From Blasia pusilla (lineage: Eukaryota): 64,000 nucleotides of DNA. How positions within the stretch are numbered: position 1 is the first letter of the stretch; each line of letters begins with the position of its first letter. Below, in pieces: positions 1-13,789 of this stretch. Position numbers and translations under genes: made by a program. Below the pieces are notes generated by a model, which had not been told where the DNA came from, ran no database searches, and saw only the letters and a program-made list of their open reading frames with translations. The stretch covers positions 9,176,001 through 9,240,000 of the forward strand of contig CM114271.1 in NCBI GenBank assembly GCA_050084515.1. Direction: 5' to 3'.

Positions 1-3000
1 AATATCCACCTTGGCCTTGTCGACCTCAATTCCTTGAGCCGACACTCTGTGTCCCAACAGAATTCCTTGTTTCATAGCAATATACGATTTGTCCGGATGA
101 AGGGACAACTGCACTTCGCGACAACGCGCGAGTGTTAACTCTAAATTTTTGAGATGTTCGGCCTCTGTGTTGAAGATACAAAAATCGTCCAAAAAGATTT
201 CCACAAACTTCCTCAGATACTCCTGGAAGATGGAGATCATCCTCCGTTGGAAAGTAGCTGGGGCATTGCATAACCCAAAAGGCATTACGCGATATGCGAA
301 AGTTCCCCAGTCCGTGGTGAACGTGGTGAGGGGACGATCCTTTTCTCGTATGGATACCTGGTTATAACCCGAGTATCCGTCCAAGAAAGTATAACGCTCG
401 TGCCCGGCAACTTTATCCAAAATACTGTAAGTGAAAGGTAGAGGATGGTGGTCTTTTAAGGTGGCAGCATTTAATTTCCGATAATCCTGGCACACTCGGA
501 TTTTCCCCGTTTTTTTTTTAGGTACAATTACGATGGGCGATACCCACTCGCTGCTTAACACAGGATAAATTATTCCTGCCTCAAGACGCTGGTCAATCTC
601 GTCCTTGACTAACAATGAGTACTTTGGATTTAGTCGATACTGTCGCATTCGCACCAGGACCGCCCCTTCTTTAAGATCAATTCGGTATTCACCATACCGT
701 GCGGGAATGCCTGTCATTTCATCCATGGAGTATGCAAAGACATCCAAATACTCAAACAGTAGTCTTTTATACTTCATAAGTGTGGTGGGAGACAAATCCG
801 CCGAAAGGCGTAGAGACTTTTGATCTGCAATAACGACCTAGACGTAGTCCTGCTCGTGAACCATGTTCTCTGTAAACTGGAAGGTACTATGACCTAGCTT
901 CTCTTCCTCTAGGGTCGACTTCGGCTTGGAGGGTACCGACTCCTCGTCTATTTCGTAACATTCTAAATAATACACGTGGGACGAGGACTTTGTAGCGGTT
1001 GTGTGGTCTTGATCTGACGTATAGCCGTTGTCAGTCGGTGGCGTCGCTCCTTGGGGTGGTTTTGATTTCCACGACAGCTTGATGAGCCGCTTCGAGACCT
1101 GATTTGGCGCTTGGAATGTGAAACGTCGCCTTTTCCAATCCGTAGTCACCCTCGCACCATACAGCCAGGGTCTTCCGATGAGCAAAGGATAGCCCGTGGT
1201 GGTCAGGGGCTACAAGACTAAGTAGTCCAACAGAAACAACACCCCCCCGAGCATGGTTGGAATTTGAGTGAGCTGTCCTAGGGGTCTCTTCCTAGATTGA
1301 TCCGCAAACCGCAGATACTTGTCTGTGGGCTCGTACACTATATACCCTAGTGCCCGAGCTGTTTGCTCCGTCATAATGTTAATTCCGCTCCTAGAATCAA
1401 TGGGGACCTTCTTAATGGTATGGCCCTCAATTTCCACCTCCACCTCTTGGGCTCCCAAGTCTTCTACTTCGATCCGGAACAGATCCACCATTGGCAGATG
1501 CTTTGCCGACTTCCTGGGTTTTTTCCGGCTTATTTTCCACTGCTGCAAAATTTTTCCGTACACAGGGTTATCCATTAGTAATTGTAGCAGGGTTATGTTG
1601 GCCGAGGTTGACGCCAAGTCCCTCAGTAAGTCGTAAGCTTCTAGGACCAGCGGTGATATCGCAATGGCTTGGACTGTCGGACTTGGTTTGGTCTTTGTCT
1701 TCTTTGGGTTCTGTTTCCCCTCTGGTTCCTGGTCCTCACGCACTTGAGCACGAACCTGGTCCTCTACATCTTGATGAAAGTACCTCGGATGACTTCGATC
1801 AAAGGCCAGGTCCACATCGCCTTTGAGGATGGCCTTCCCGGCACAGAAGGTGTTCACAGCTTTGGTCTTGGGCTCCCTAGCTTCACGCGAAGACGAAGTA
1901 CCCTTCCTTGCCCTTGGGATCCCCGCGGTCTGACTCTTCGACCTCGTGGTGACAGCCAGAACGGTTTCTTGGAACTCTTTGGGCCAGTCCGATGATTCCT
2001 CGTTGGCCCCTTCGGTCGAGTCTTCCTCACTGATAGTGACTCGCTTTGGTCTCGGGGACACTTCTTCTTCCACTCGGACAAGTTGTACATTTACGTCATT
2101 TTTAGGCTCTGGTTGAGCCGCTGGAGTGTTTACATATCTGACCAACAAACGCGGGACTTTGGGCTCCGGGTATTCCACGGCAGTGTACCCGCAACTACTA
2201 CACCAAATGTTGGGCCTCATCAGCCTGGGTCGTCTTCTGGGCCGCCAGATGTACCTTCAACTCAGCCATTTGTTTACTGAGCTCTTCCATGGCCGACTTG
2301 CTGGCCTTCCTTGCCGTCCCTCTCACGCGACTTTCCGACCGCTGGGGACGATGCTTGGTGATTGGTCGGGTTTTGTTCTGGTGCTTGGGGGAGTGATGAT
2401 GCATGCTTTTCCCTTTCCTTTTAGCTTTCAACTCCTGCTCCGAGTCCGAGGACTCGACGTATCCTCCGTAGAGGATTCCGTGTCGGTGGAGGACACTTCG
2501 TCTTCAGAAAAAGCACTAGTCTGCGACGCCCCTCGCCGTTGGTGACGCCGTCTTCGTGTTCTGCGGGACTTCTCTGAGGCTTCGTACGCCTCAGCGGAGG
2601 CTATGACTGCCTCCAAGGAATCAAGTTGGCCTCGCCGGCAGTACCGATCCATTTCTTTGGACAAGCCGGACACGAACCAATCTACCAATTGGGAGGTAGT
2701 CGTGTGCTCCAGCTTATTCACCAGGGTCTCCCCTTCTTTTTCCGTTTCAGGTCGCGAAGCTTCGTAAGAAGCCTGTCCTCGAACTCCAGGTCGCGCAACT
2801 CATGTAGGAAGGATTCCAAGACCATTTTCCAGGTTTCCGTGACGTCCGCTCCGAGACCTTCGTACCACTGGCTTGCTCGCTTCTTGAGCATGCCAGGAAA
2901 GACTCGTAACAAATCCTCCTCTACACCTTCCCCATTGGCTTTCGCGACATGGGTGAATTCAAGCACAAAGTTATCCACATCGTCTCGCCGTCCCCAGCAA

Positions 3001-3745
3001 AGGTGGGGTACCTTAGCAGAGTTTTTCTAGTATTGGCCATGGGAACCGCTCTCCTGCTGGCTTCCGGGCTTGATGCTCGAGAGGGAGGAGGTAACGGTTC
3101 GGCCCGAGGTGATCTGATCGGCTCCTCGCTCCCTGACTTCCCAAAGGGGTCCTAGGATGACTCTTCGTCCGACTACGAACTGGCAGGGGACGTAGTGGAG
3201 ACTTTGTCCTTGTCTTTCTTCTTGCTCCTCGGCTTCGGACGAGGACGAAGACCGGGAGACGACCCAGGCGGTCTCCAAGCCGGTTGCTCTTCCTGCTGCT
3301 TAGTGCGCCGATCGGATCGCTGCTCTCTCGAAGAGGGCCGAGAGCCTTCCATAAGTCTCTTGTGGGATTTGGCAACTTGCGTTCACCCCCACGGTTGCGA
3401 CAGGGTAAGGGTCCATGGAGGGAGGTTAACTACTTCTTCTTTCTACACCTACAAGAGTGTGCCTGGTGCTCCTAAGCTTCATGCCAGGTTTTCCTCCCAT
3501 AAACAGAAGTACCGGGTTTTCACCAAGTACAACTATCGTTCATGGGCGAAGCACCGTTTGGCGACTGGTTCTTTGACAATTCTAATTAGTTGGTCTATTT
3601 TCTCTAGCACCAATGCAGCAAATCTATTGTTGTCTTCAAGCATCCATTGTCTTAAGGGGATTGCTAGAGCTAGCAGATGGTCTTCAGTAAGAACTAGATT
3701 TTTGGGTCTTCCAGGGGCAAAGCTTCTTTCCCCGCCTCGGGGGTC
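1..3745 (-). mobile_element. Degenerate Ty3/Gypsy retrotransposon fragment (gag-PR-RT), family 1; runs off the window start and is truncated near 3745
   Basis: Minus strand shows gag-like ORFs (2198-2978), protease motif VPIDSRSGINIM (ORF 1210-2220) and frameshifted RT sequence (1-~760). It is collinear with the copy at 51.6-53.2 kb plus 57.1-60.9 kb. Confidence 0.9.
1210..2220 (-). pseudogene. Gag C-terminus and aspartic protease of Gypsy family 1, with an internal deletion between zinc knuckles
   Basis: WCSSCG runs directly into YTAVEYPEP, whereas the 59862-60900 copy has extra CCHC knuckles between them. The protease D-S-G motif reads DSRSG here. Confidence 0.8.
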
Positions 3746-3954
3746 TCACTTCCACGGAAGAGACCCATCACGTACGACAAAGTATAGGGTTTTTTAATTC
3801 GAATTTGCGGAAGACTTATAAAGTTTTGTGGAAGAACTTAAGGGTATTTTTAATATATCGAAACGCTTATAATAAAAATAGAGCATGAGTAATTCTTCGT
3901 TTGTACATGGAAGCTATTCAAGAAAGTAAGGGGCAGATAAAAAAATAGGAGACA

Positions 3955-4995
3955 AAATTTAGGATTTACGATTTTTTTTCCATGTGTGGGTGTTCATTTG
4001 AAGTTTTGGTTTTTTCCATGTGTTCGTGGGTTTGGAGTGCCTCTTTGGGAAAAGTTTCATGATTTTTGGAACCATGGTTGAGGGGGAGGGGAGAAAAACA
4101 GATATCAAGAAGGAAGAGGAGGGCTTTGAGTAGGAATGTTCCAAGTCTTTATTTCATTTTCATGTTCATATTGAGGTACGTTTTTTTGCAACCATTGGAT
4201 GGCGTTGAAGACCGTTTTTAGGGTTTAAAAATTTTATTTTCATGTGTGGGTATTTATTTGAAGTTTTGATTTTTTCCCTATGTTCCTAGGCTTGGATTTC
4301 CTCTTTGAGAAAAGTTTCATGATTTTTGGAACCCTGGTTGAGGGAGAGGGAAGTAAAAGAGGGGTCAAGAAGGAAGAGGAGGGCTTTGAGTAGGAATGTT
4401 CCAAGTCTTTGTTTCATTTTCATGTTCACATTGAGATCTTTTTTTCAACCATTGGATGGTGTTGACACTTGGCAAATACCTTGATATTACATCCCTTGCA
4501 ATCTTCAGTGGTTCAGATCTACGTTTTTGGCTTCCATGCTCAAAAACAAAATAGGATACCATTTTTAGGGTTAAAAAATTTTATTTTCATGTGTGGATGC
4601 TCATTTGAAGTTTTGATTTTTTCCGTGTGTTCCTGGGCTTGAAGTGCCTCTTTGGGATAATTTTCATGATTTTAGGAATCCTGGTTGAGGGGAAGGGGAG
4701 AAAACGAGGGGTCAAGAAGGAAGAGGAGGGCTACGAGTAGGAATGTTCAAAGTCTTTGTTTCATTTTCATGTTCATATTGAATTCTCTTTTGTTCCAACC
4801 ATTGGATTGTGTGGAAACATGGGAGATGCTTTTCAATTAAATTCCTTGCAAACTTCAACGGTTCAGATGTGCCATTATGGCTCCCATACTTAAACAAAAA
4901 GGGAGACAATTTTTAGGGTTTATGACTTTAATCTCCATGTATGGGCGGTCATTTGAAGTCTCTATGTTCCTAGGCTTGGATTGCTTCTTTGAGAA
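3955..4995. repeat. Tandem array of ~347-348-bp units (shortened first unit, two full units, partial fourth)
   Basis: TTTAGG recurs at ~3961, 4220, 4567 and 4915. The block TCAAGAAGGAAGAGGAGGGCT...GAGTAGGAATGTTC occurs three times. Confidence 0.85.
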
Positions 4996-7214
4996 ACTTT
5001 CTTGGTTTTTTTGGCTTGGATTGATTTTTTGGTTGGAAAAAATTGGATGATTTTTTAATCCCTAGCTTATGTGACACGTTGAATTTGATGTGGCAAGGTA
5101 TGTGGCTTTGGAACATTGGGATTTGTAGGTTTTTTTAGTTCAAAATTCCTGCTTTAAAATGTCAAGTACTCTGCTTTTTTTCTTCCCGACACATCCAAGC
5201 CGTAGATCAAACGGATCTATTGTCTCGTTCTAGTCGCATAGTGCGGCCGCGCTTTCGAGCCTCGTTCGAATCTAGTCTCTCATTCTAACGTGGGATGCGG
5301 CCACGCTTTGGAGCCTTGTTTGGAGCTCTCTTTGCTTAGTGTGGCTGAAATTTCTCACTCTCTTGTCCTTCAGTTTGGAGATGTGCTTTGCCTTGCGCTG
5401 TTGAAATCTCTCTCTCCAGTGTTCCGGTTGCCAATAGAGATTGAAGGTGCTCAAAGATTTTTTTTGCAAGGCAACGGTTTTGCATGAGCGCAGCTCCATA
5501 CTCTCACCTGGTAAGCTTCAACATTGCTCCCTGCATCAATCTTTTGGGGCCCGCTGATTTTGATTTGGAAATGTTGTTGGAGAGTGCTCAACTCACATTT
5601 ACGTTTCCAATGTTGTCTCAGTAGAGCTCTACGTAAGTGCCAATCACTCAAAGAAGGAGAAAAAACATTCTAGCAGAATCGTTGATGAGGAAGTAAAGCC
5701 AAGCTTTGAGATCTGCAACAAACTGTGATCAGGTGGGTGTGGATCGTATTCTTGCTCATCGGTTACACTCATGTCTCTATTTTGTTTTGATATGGTTGAT
5801 TGAGGAGACATTTCTCCGTCGCTTGTGCCATCGTCGCTCAGGACAGATTCAATGCGTCAAGTCGAATAGATCTAGGTTGGTTCAATCCAATCTAGTCCAA
5901 CACACCTTTGATGCAGATATCTTTTCCACATCTTATCCTCGACAAGAGAAGATAATTCGTCTCCTGCCGCATTCGAGAGGTGGTCTCTTCTAATCCGTTG
6001 GACGTAATCTTAGTCCACTACAACAATTCTTAGTCCACTACTGCCGATAGTAAGACGGTTGGATCATCAACCAGAAGTTTGGAACGGGTAGCTGCCCTGC
6101 TTTCCCTCGAAAGAACCCTCCCGAGAGAAATGGCCGCACAATCTGAAAGTATCTCTCCACTAGAAGCAATTTCTCCCAACAATGTGCAGTTGATTGTCGG
6201 CCACTCATGGAGAATAGGAACTGGTTCCTCTAGTAGCTGAGGTGGAAAAAATTGAGATCTCCTGCACCAGACTTTTTGCGTACGCTCCGCCTTTTGCACC
6301 ACCACCTTTACATGCCCGAAGATGTACTACCATTTTTCTGGCCGGGTCTTCTCCGTGGGGTTCACGGGGTTGTTTTTTGTTGTCACTACAACTTTCACCT
6401 TGTCGGTGTTGGCATTGAAAGTTTGCACAGCTTAGAGGATCGGTTCTCTTCAATCGGTAGGTTCTTTGTGGCTTTAGACTGCAGTACTTAGGATTGGAAA
6501 CATGAAGAAAACGAGAGGAGTGACTTCTCAGTTCTGGGTCTTGTGGCACTGCATTGCTAACTTTGTGAATATGACGCCACTTGTTTATTTTAACTTTAAG
6601 AGCACTCCACGTTATTGCAGAGTTTGCGATTGCCATGGAAGCAGGATGATGACATTAATCCACTGTTGTCCTCTGATGTACCACCTATGCTCACCAACTC
6701 TGGAACACGACATGCATCAAGCTTACCAAGTCATCTGTCCAGACAGGAACCAGATTTGATTGATCTGAATGACAGTTTGTCAACACATCGTGCTGGCTAC
6801 TAACCTGATATAGGACGTTCTGCCTTTAGTGCAGAAGATGATTCAACAAGTTTGCAAAGTCCTCTTCTTTACACGCAAAGTGCTCCTGCCCCACTGGATT
6901 ACACAAACAGTGATTTTCATGCAGCAATGAGTGCCATCAGAGATGAGCATGCACCAAATTTACCTCAACTTTGCCTTCCAGAAGAGAGTAGCTCAGACGT
7001 TGTGATGCGCTTACCACCACTCAATCTTCCAGCTGTAAATAACTCGGAAAGTGAAATTCGTTCACTAGATGCCCCACTGCTTGCTCTTCCTGCTCAAGAT
7101 CCTGATACCCGGGTGACAAGTCAGAATGGATGAGATTTTTGTTCACAAGAGACCATGACCAATGCAGAGCATCACAATGGATAGTAACCCAATAATCATG
7201 TAAGATTATAAACT

Positions 7215-10200
7215 TGTACTTGGCAGACAGCTTCGTAGACAACTCTTTCGGAAGAGTGAGATTCTTCACACTCAACCACACTTGTTCTCCAACTTGGAAT
7301 CGTACTTGGCGCCGACTCTTGTTAGCATGCTTCACGTACCTCATTTGAGCCTTTGCAAGACTTCGCCTCGCGCTCACTTCTTGTTCTCGCATCTCTACCA
7401 ACAAACTTTCTACCGTCACTTGTCGTGTTCATGCCAATGTAGTACCCTTCGTAAGGGCTAGATCAAGAGGCCCTTCTGGCTCTCGTCCATTTTCCAGGAG
7501 AAACGGAGATTCTCCTGTTGTAGAATGCTTGGTCGAGTTGTAGCAATATTCCGCCATGCTCAGCCACTTGACCCAATCGCATTGATCAGCACTGACATAA
7601 TTCCTCAAGTACTGATTCACGATAGAGTTTACCTTTCGATCTGTCCATCCGTCGTGGGTGGAAAGCGTCTTGAAACTCGGCTTGGTCTTAAACCTTCTGA
7701 ACAAGTGCTTCTAGAAAGCACTAGTAAACTTTGGATCCCGATCTGAAACAATGCTCCTCGGCAAACCATGAGCACGCCACCAACTATCGAGGAATAGTTG
7801 CGCCGTCGTATACGCCGTTGCGGAATCCACCGTCGGCACGAATCTCGCCAACTTGCTAAACCGATCAACAATCACAAGTATAGCGTTGTATCCCCCAGAT
7901 TCGGAAGACTCGTGATGAAATCCATACTCACACTTTGCAAGGGTCCTTCGGGATCGGCAAGGGATGCAAGAAGCCCTGTTTCTTATCATAAGAGACTCTA
8001 TTCGCTGGTGTGTCACACAGGTCTTCACATCTTGAGCAACATCCTCCTTCATGTTGGGCCAAAAGAACCGCAAACGGAACATCTAGCGAGATTTCTCTCC
8101 TTTATGTCTTGCCAAGGGCCCGTCGTGACATTCCGCTAACACCTTGGTTCGTGATTTCGCCTTGCCCTACATAGATCCCTCTGTTTGAACCTTAGTAAAC
8201 CGTGCCTCAAACTTATGTTGGCCACCTTCTCACCCCGCTTCAACTTCCTCAGGTATTCCCCGCTTGAGCATCCTTCATATATCCTTCACTTAATCCTTCT
8301 CTCCAGATCTGTTTCCTTAGGGAACATTGCTCTCAAGACCAAGTGTCGCCGATGGCATGTGTTCCTCTTGCGACTTAACGATCCGGAATCACATTATCTT
8401 TACCGGCTTATGGATCAACTCTACATCCATCAGCGCCAAGGTATCATGCCACCGCAATTGTTTCGGTGTCACTCGATCTTGGGTCTCAAAATACTTGAGT
8501 GATATATTATCGGTGAATACTCGAGTCCTGTGGAGCCCTAGATAATGCCGCCACTTCCTCAAGCAATGTACCACCGCGAACAACTCTTTTCGTGAGTAGG
8601 CCATCTCCTTTCAGTATCGCTAAGCTTCTTGCTCTCATATGCCACCGGTCTCCCTTCTTGCACCAACATTCCTGCAACCGCGAAATCACTAGCATCGGTA
8701 TGCACTTTGAACGGTTTGTCAAACTCCGGCAGCCTTTAACACTTTGGTTCCTGCGATAGAATCTGCTTCACTCGGTTGAATGCCTCATTAACTTCCGGGT
8801 CCAAGTCGTGTTGGCAAACTTTGCCGCCCAATCCGTGAGAGGTCTCACAATTCCCGAAAAGTTTTTACATAAGTACGGTAAAATTGCACCGCACCTATGA
8901 ACCTCCTCATCCCTTTACAAACGGTGGATGGGGTTCCCACTGAAATCGCTTTTACCTTTTCCATGTCCGGGTCGACGCCATCTCAGATCGACCATGTGAC
9001 CCAAGAATTTGATCTTACTCAAACCAAATTCGCTCTTCTCTACATTCGCATCTGGTGATTTGCCCTTAGCTTAGACAAGACCGCTCTCACATGTCGAACG
9101 TGCTCCTCTAGTGACTTGAATAGATAAGTATATCATCGATATAGATGATAACATACTCATCCATTTCCTTGTGAAAAATGGAGTTCATCAATGTGGTGAA
9201 CGCGTCGGAGGCGCGTTACATAGACCAAAAGGCATCACTACAAACTCAAAGGAACCAGTATCGCGTCTTGCACGATCTTCTCCACATCCGCCTCGGCAAT
9301 CCGAATCAGTAATATCCCGACTTCAAGTCAATCCTACTGAAATATCTACTTTGCCAGCCTATCAAAGAGATCATCTATCCTTGAAGAGGATAATTTTTCC
9401 GAATCACTTTGTTCAAAGGTGCACGGTAATCAACACACTGACCTCATCTTTCCATCCTTCTTCTTTACAAAGAGAACAGTGCTCCATAAGGTGACTTGCT
9501 AGTCCTAATGTAACCCTTTTCCAAGAGCTCACTTAACTTCTTTTTCAACTCAAGAAGTTCCTCCTGATTCAACCTATATGGTGCTTTTGAAGGCGGTTGG
9601 GAACCGGGTATGATCTCTATCTTATGATCTACGGCTCTATGTGGCGGCAATTCAGTCAGAAGCTCATTTGTCAAGACATCCCCAAACTCCTGGACCACTT
9701 CCTGGAGTGGTTATGGGATTCCCCTTGAGGCAGCGTCCTGATCTCTGCATATACTGCTTGTAGCCTCCTCCACTTGTCTCATCAAGCAGAGAAATCCATC
9801 CTCCAACTCAGTCATGCTCCTCCTTGTGATCGAGTTCACCAACTCCATCTTTGCTGGAACCTCACTGACCAACCGCACCTATAACCGTTTGCCTTTTAGC
9901 AAGACGCTCAACCTCAATGGTCGGCATCTTAACTCCACCTCATACGCATCTAGGAATGTATTCCCCAAAACTCCTTCAATGCCGTCCATTTCGCATACAA
10001 TGAAATTCTCCTTCAACTCGAATACCCCGCATCCTACTGTCAAACCCAAGACCAAATCAGAAGTCCGATGAGACTTGCCTCCTGCAAATCCCACTCGAAT
10101 GGGCTCGTCCGCCTTAGAGGTAGACAGCCCCAGTTCCTTCACGATTCTCGGGCTAAGGAAGGAGTGCGAAGCACCTATATCCACGAGCAACAACACATCG

Positions 10201-10400
10201 CGATCAGCAATCTTGGATCTTAGGTACACCAAATTGTGCGTCCTCTTGGTGACTTGAAGGGACGTCTCCATATCGCCCCCCAACAGATGCTTAGCAGCAA
10301 ACGCAATCATACTCCCATTACTAACCTTCGGTTTCGAACACCCTTTCGACAGGTGACCCGGTTCGCCACAGTTGTAGCATACGACCCTAACATACCCTAA
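7215..10400 (-). mobile_element. pol: Degenerate Ty3/Gypsy gag-pol fragment (knuckle-PR-RT-RH-INT), family 2, chromovirus-like; truncated at both ends
   Basis: CYNCGEPGHLSKGC knuckle; LLVDIGASHSF protease; LPPHRAVDHKIEIIPG...APYR RT start; ELFAVVHCLRKWRHYL and FTDNISL RNase H; IVDRFSKLARF...IVSDRDPKFTS integrase; RFQVGEQVWL. Many frameshifts. Confidence 0.9.
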
Positions 10401-10402
10401 AT

Positions 10403-12550
10403 GCAGGTACCTCGTCCAATGTAAGAATGCAGGTACGTGGGGAAAATTACCGGCAGCCTTGAAATTGTGGGCTTCACCGCCGGATGCAGAGACATTCTCC
10501 ATGTACGACATGGAGATGGGGCAGCACATGTCCGATTGGGAGGTGGAGAATTGTCCCATTTGGCTCGACTTCAACGACCTTGAAAACATCACCGATAAGG
10601 ATTTACGAGTGCTTCATGATGCAGTGGCCTCAGGACAAGACGACATCCCCAATTTCGTGCAGCCTGAAGACTTCTTCGGAGGAGATGCAGAAGAGCAGGC
10701 CCACAAGATAGCTGAGTTGGCTTCCAAGGTCCGCACAGCCAAAGACAAATCCACAACGGGTCTCAAAGGCAAGGCGAGGGGAGGAAAAAATTCCGAGGCC
10801 GAGTCTTCCCAAAGAGAGGCTGAAGATTCAAGGCCAGAGGCGGAATCGTTCGGGCGAGCGGGGAGAGAGGGTCGGACCAGGTCCTCGGCAAAAAAACCCC
10901 CACCAGAGTCTGAGGTCATAGAGACCCCGACAAGCCGTCCGCAGACTCGGGAGAAGCGGAAGCGAGAGGTGCCAGGGTTGTCCCAAGGAGAATACAGTCC
11001 ATCATCCTTGGGAAGACACAAACAAAAAACGACCGGACAAGCGTCCTCCTTGATTCACTCCTTTCTTTGGATGAGCCGAAGAGCTTCGGGATTCTCAGCG
11101 TCGACACCAGCCATCGAAAAATTGACAACGCTGGGACAGAAGCTCCAACGAAACGGGCACGCTTCCTGGACGGTGAATGGAGTGGTCGAAGAGGTTGCGG
11201 TGGATCTCTTGATCGCCGATCAGCCCTCGGGGTTGTGACTTTGGGGTGAGAATCCGTCGGACGAGATACTTGAGTGGAATGTGCCGCTCACTTATGACCA
11301 GATTGCACTTTTGTTCTCCTTTGCATACGCCTATCTGAGTGACAGGGGCTGCTTCTTGGTGTTGACTGGAGGGAGCGAGGACGAGCTCTTCAACCTCTAG
11401 TGCGTCAAGAGGTCGCTAAAGTGGAGGATGGCACAATCGTGGATCATAAAAAACGAGTACCCACTCCGATCCGCGACGAGTCAGATTCGGGTAAGGCTCA
11501 ATTTCTGTACAATAATTTAAATTATCTTATAATGATGTGTAGAATGAGAGTCAATCTAGGTTTTTTTTGTCCGTGAGCAACCCGTCGGAAGGCGACGGGT
11601 TGCTGGCTTAGAGCAGCCCATGCTTGGCTGAGAGCAACCCGTCAGTTTCCGACGGGTTGCAAACCCGCATGATGTACAGCAACCCGACGGGTTGCGGTTG
11701 CTGAGTTTTTCGGTTGATTTTGGTTTTGGATGCAACCCGTCGATAGCGACGGGTTGCTCTCAGGCGAGCATGGGCTGCTCTAGGCCAGCAACCCGTCGCC
11801 TTCCGACGGGTTGCATCCAAAAACCAAAATCAATTGGGAAAACCCAAAAGCAACTGCAACCCGTCGGACTCCGACTGGTTGATCCAAAGTCAGTTATTGA
11901 AAATGTTCTCAAGGCGACTTCTTTAGTTTCTGACATTGTTTCCAACGTGCTGATTTACAGATGGACCACTCCTACGTCTACTGCTTCGTTCGGCCCGAGC
12001 ACAATTTCCAAGTGTTCAAGATCCAGGATCCTGTGGATCCATGCTCAGATGGGTATAGCTTAGATAGTTTGTACAATTCCCCCTCGGGAATTTACATGCA
12101 AGACAGTACCCCAGTTCTGGGAGGAAGGGAAAAGTCGCCACCCTGATGCAAACGCTCATCGAGCTCTGCTCAAGGCCGGGTGACTTGGTGTTCGACTTAG
12201 TGGGACTTTCAGGGGCAAGTATCAAAGGCGCATGGCAGAGTGGCAGGAACATTCTCGCCTCGAGGGAAGGCAGGAACTGTTTGACCTTTGCAAGGAGGCA
12301 AAGGCAGAATACGAAAGGCTCGTTGGGGCGTACAACTCTCCACCGAAGCCGAGAGCTCCGGTTCCAGACCGACCATTGGTAGTGACTCCATCGTCACTTC
12401 CAACGATTCCAAAAATCGGGAGGGCAAGGCCGAAAGTAATTTTGCAAGAGGTCTCGGACGATGACGAGTCAGTTCAAAGAACTCAACGACCTAGCTTGAC
12501 TGCAGCGTTTGGAGTAGGGAGTTTTTTGATGATGAGGCAAAAGATTTCAT
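10403..12550 (+). pseudogene. 3' part of the MULE cargo gene (amino-MTase-like domain), copy A
   Basis: Exon to 11489, GT-AG intron 11490-11960 full of palindromes, last exon from 11961 (MDHSYVY...GGREKS / MQTLIELCSRPGDLVFDLVGLSG). Contains stops and frameshifts. Confidence 0.8.
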
Positions 12551-13370
12551 AGAATAGATCAAATGTACAGTTCCGAGTTTTTTTTGGATGATATAAAGGA
12601 GAAGATTTTTTCGAACGATGGTGGTGCTTGTAAAAGTTTGCTAAATATTTTTTGTCTTTTCGAATGTGATCGTCTATGTTCTCCGCGGACTTCTATTTTG
12701 CAACGCGTCGGATTTCTCCTGCTTGCAACTTTCACTTTATGACCACTGCAACCCGTCGGATTTCTCTTCCTTGCAACTTTTCGCTTTTTGACCACTGCAC
12801 CCTTTTTACCACTTCCACGCAACCTGTCTGATTCCGATAGGTTGCCTGATCGGACCCTTTCCCTGTTGGTCCAAATTAAGAGGCAGTCTGGCGGGCTTCT
12901 TCCCTTGGCACCTTCCCCTCAACTCGTAAAGGCAGGCGTAGGCTTCTTTTCTTCTCTCAGACGTGTTGGATTCCTTCTACCTTTGCGGTTTCCATAGTGG
13001 TATTACCGGGGAAGGAGCAAATATTGAAACTGGATGGGTGTCACATTGCAGAGCGTACAAGGTATATTGCCGAGGAAGGCGGTGGGACTCGAGACAGGTT
13101 ACATGGGACCGTTATGGTGTACCTAGGGGGGAGCCAAGGCTCTCAAATTCGCCAATATTTTCGATCCCCGTCTACAATCGGCCAGAGGAGCCACTTGAAT
13201 CCCAAGACATTCCTTTGGTATTGTCCGAAATGGCAATCCGACAGGTAGTAGGAATCCTGCACATCTTAGACAAGAAAAGAAGCCTACAACTGGTTGGACG
13301 AATGAAGGGGAACGAGCCAAAAGTCAAGAAGCCCGCCACAATGCGCCAGAAGTTGGTCTCACCGGGAGAG

Positions 13371-13439
13371 GGTGGTTCCAATGCGACGATAATATCCACC
13401 TTGGCCTTGTCGACCTCAATTCCTTGCGCCGACACTCGG
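13371..13439. other. 69-bp templated insertion of Gypsy RT sequence inside MULE DNA
   Basis: Identical by eye to 58304-58372 and absent from the homologous MULE site near 48310. Confidence 0.85.
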
Positions 13440-13789
13440 AGTCCCATCACTCAAGCAGTCAACCTGTCAGAATCCGACAGGTTGCCTGGAAATGGTTAAA
13501 AAGTTGCAGTGGGCAAAAAGCAAAAAGTCGGAATCATACGGGTTGCAGAATTGTACCAAAGGAATGTCCTGGGATTCAAATGGCTCCTATGGCCGATTGT
13601 AGACGGGGATCGAAAATGTTGGCGAATTCGAGAGCCTTGCCCCCGCCCTAGGTACCCCATAACGGTCCCATATAACCTGATTTGAGTCCCACCGCCTTCC
13701 TCGGCAGTATACCTTGTACGCTCTGCAATGTGACACCCATCCAGTATCAATATGTGCTCCGTCCTTGGTAATACCAATATGGCAATCGA

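Noticed and set aside
5200-7200. Possible host gene remnant (short ORFs, splice-like signals)
   Set aside because: No recognisable domain or consistent exon chain; left unassigned pending a homology search.
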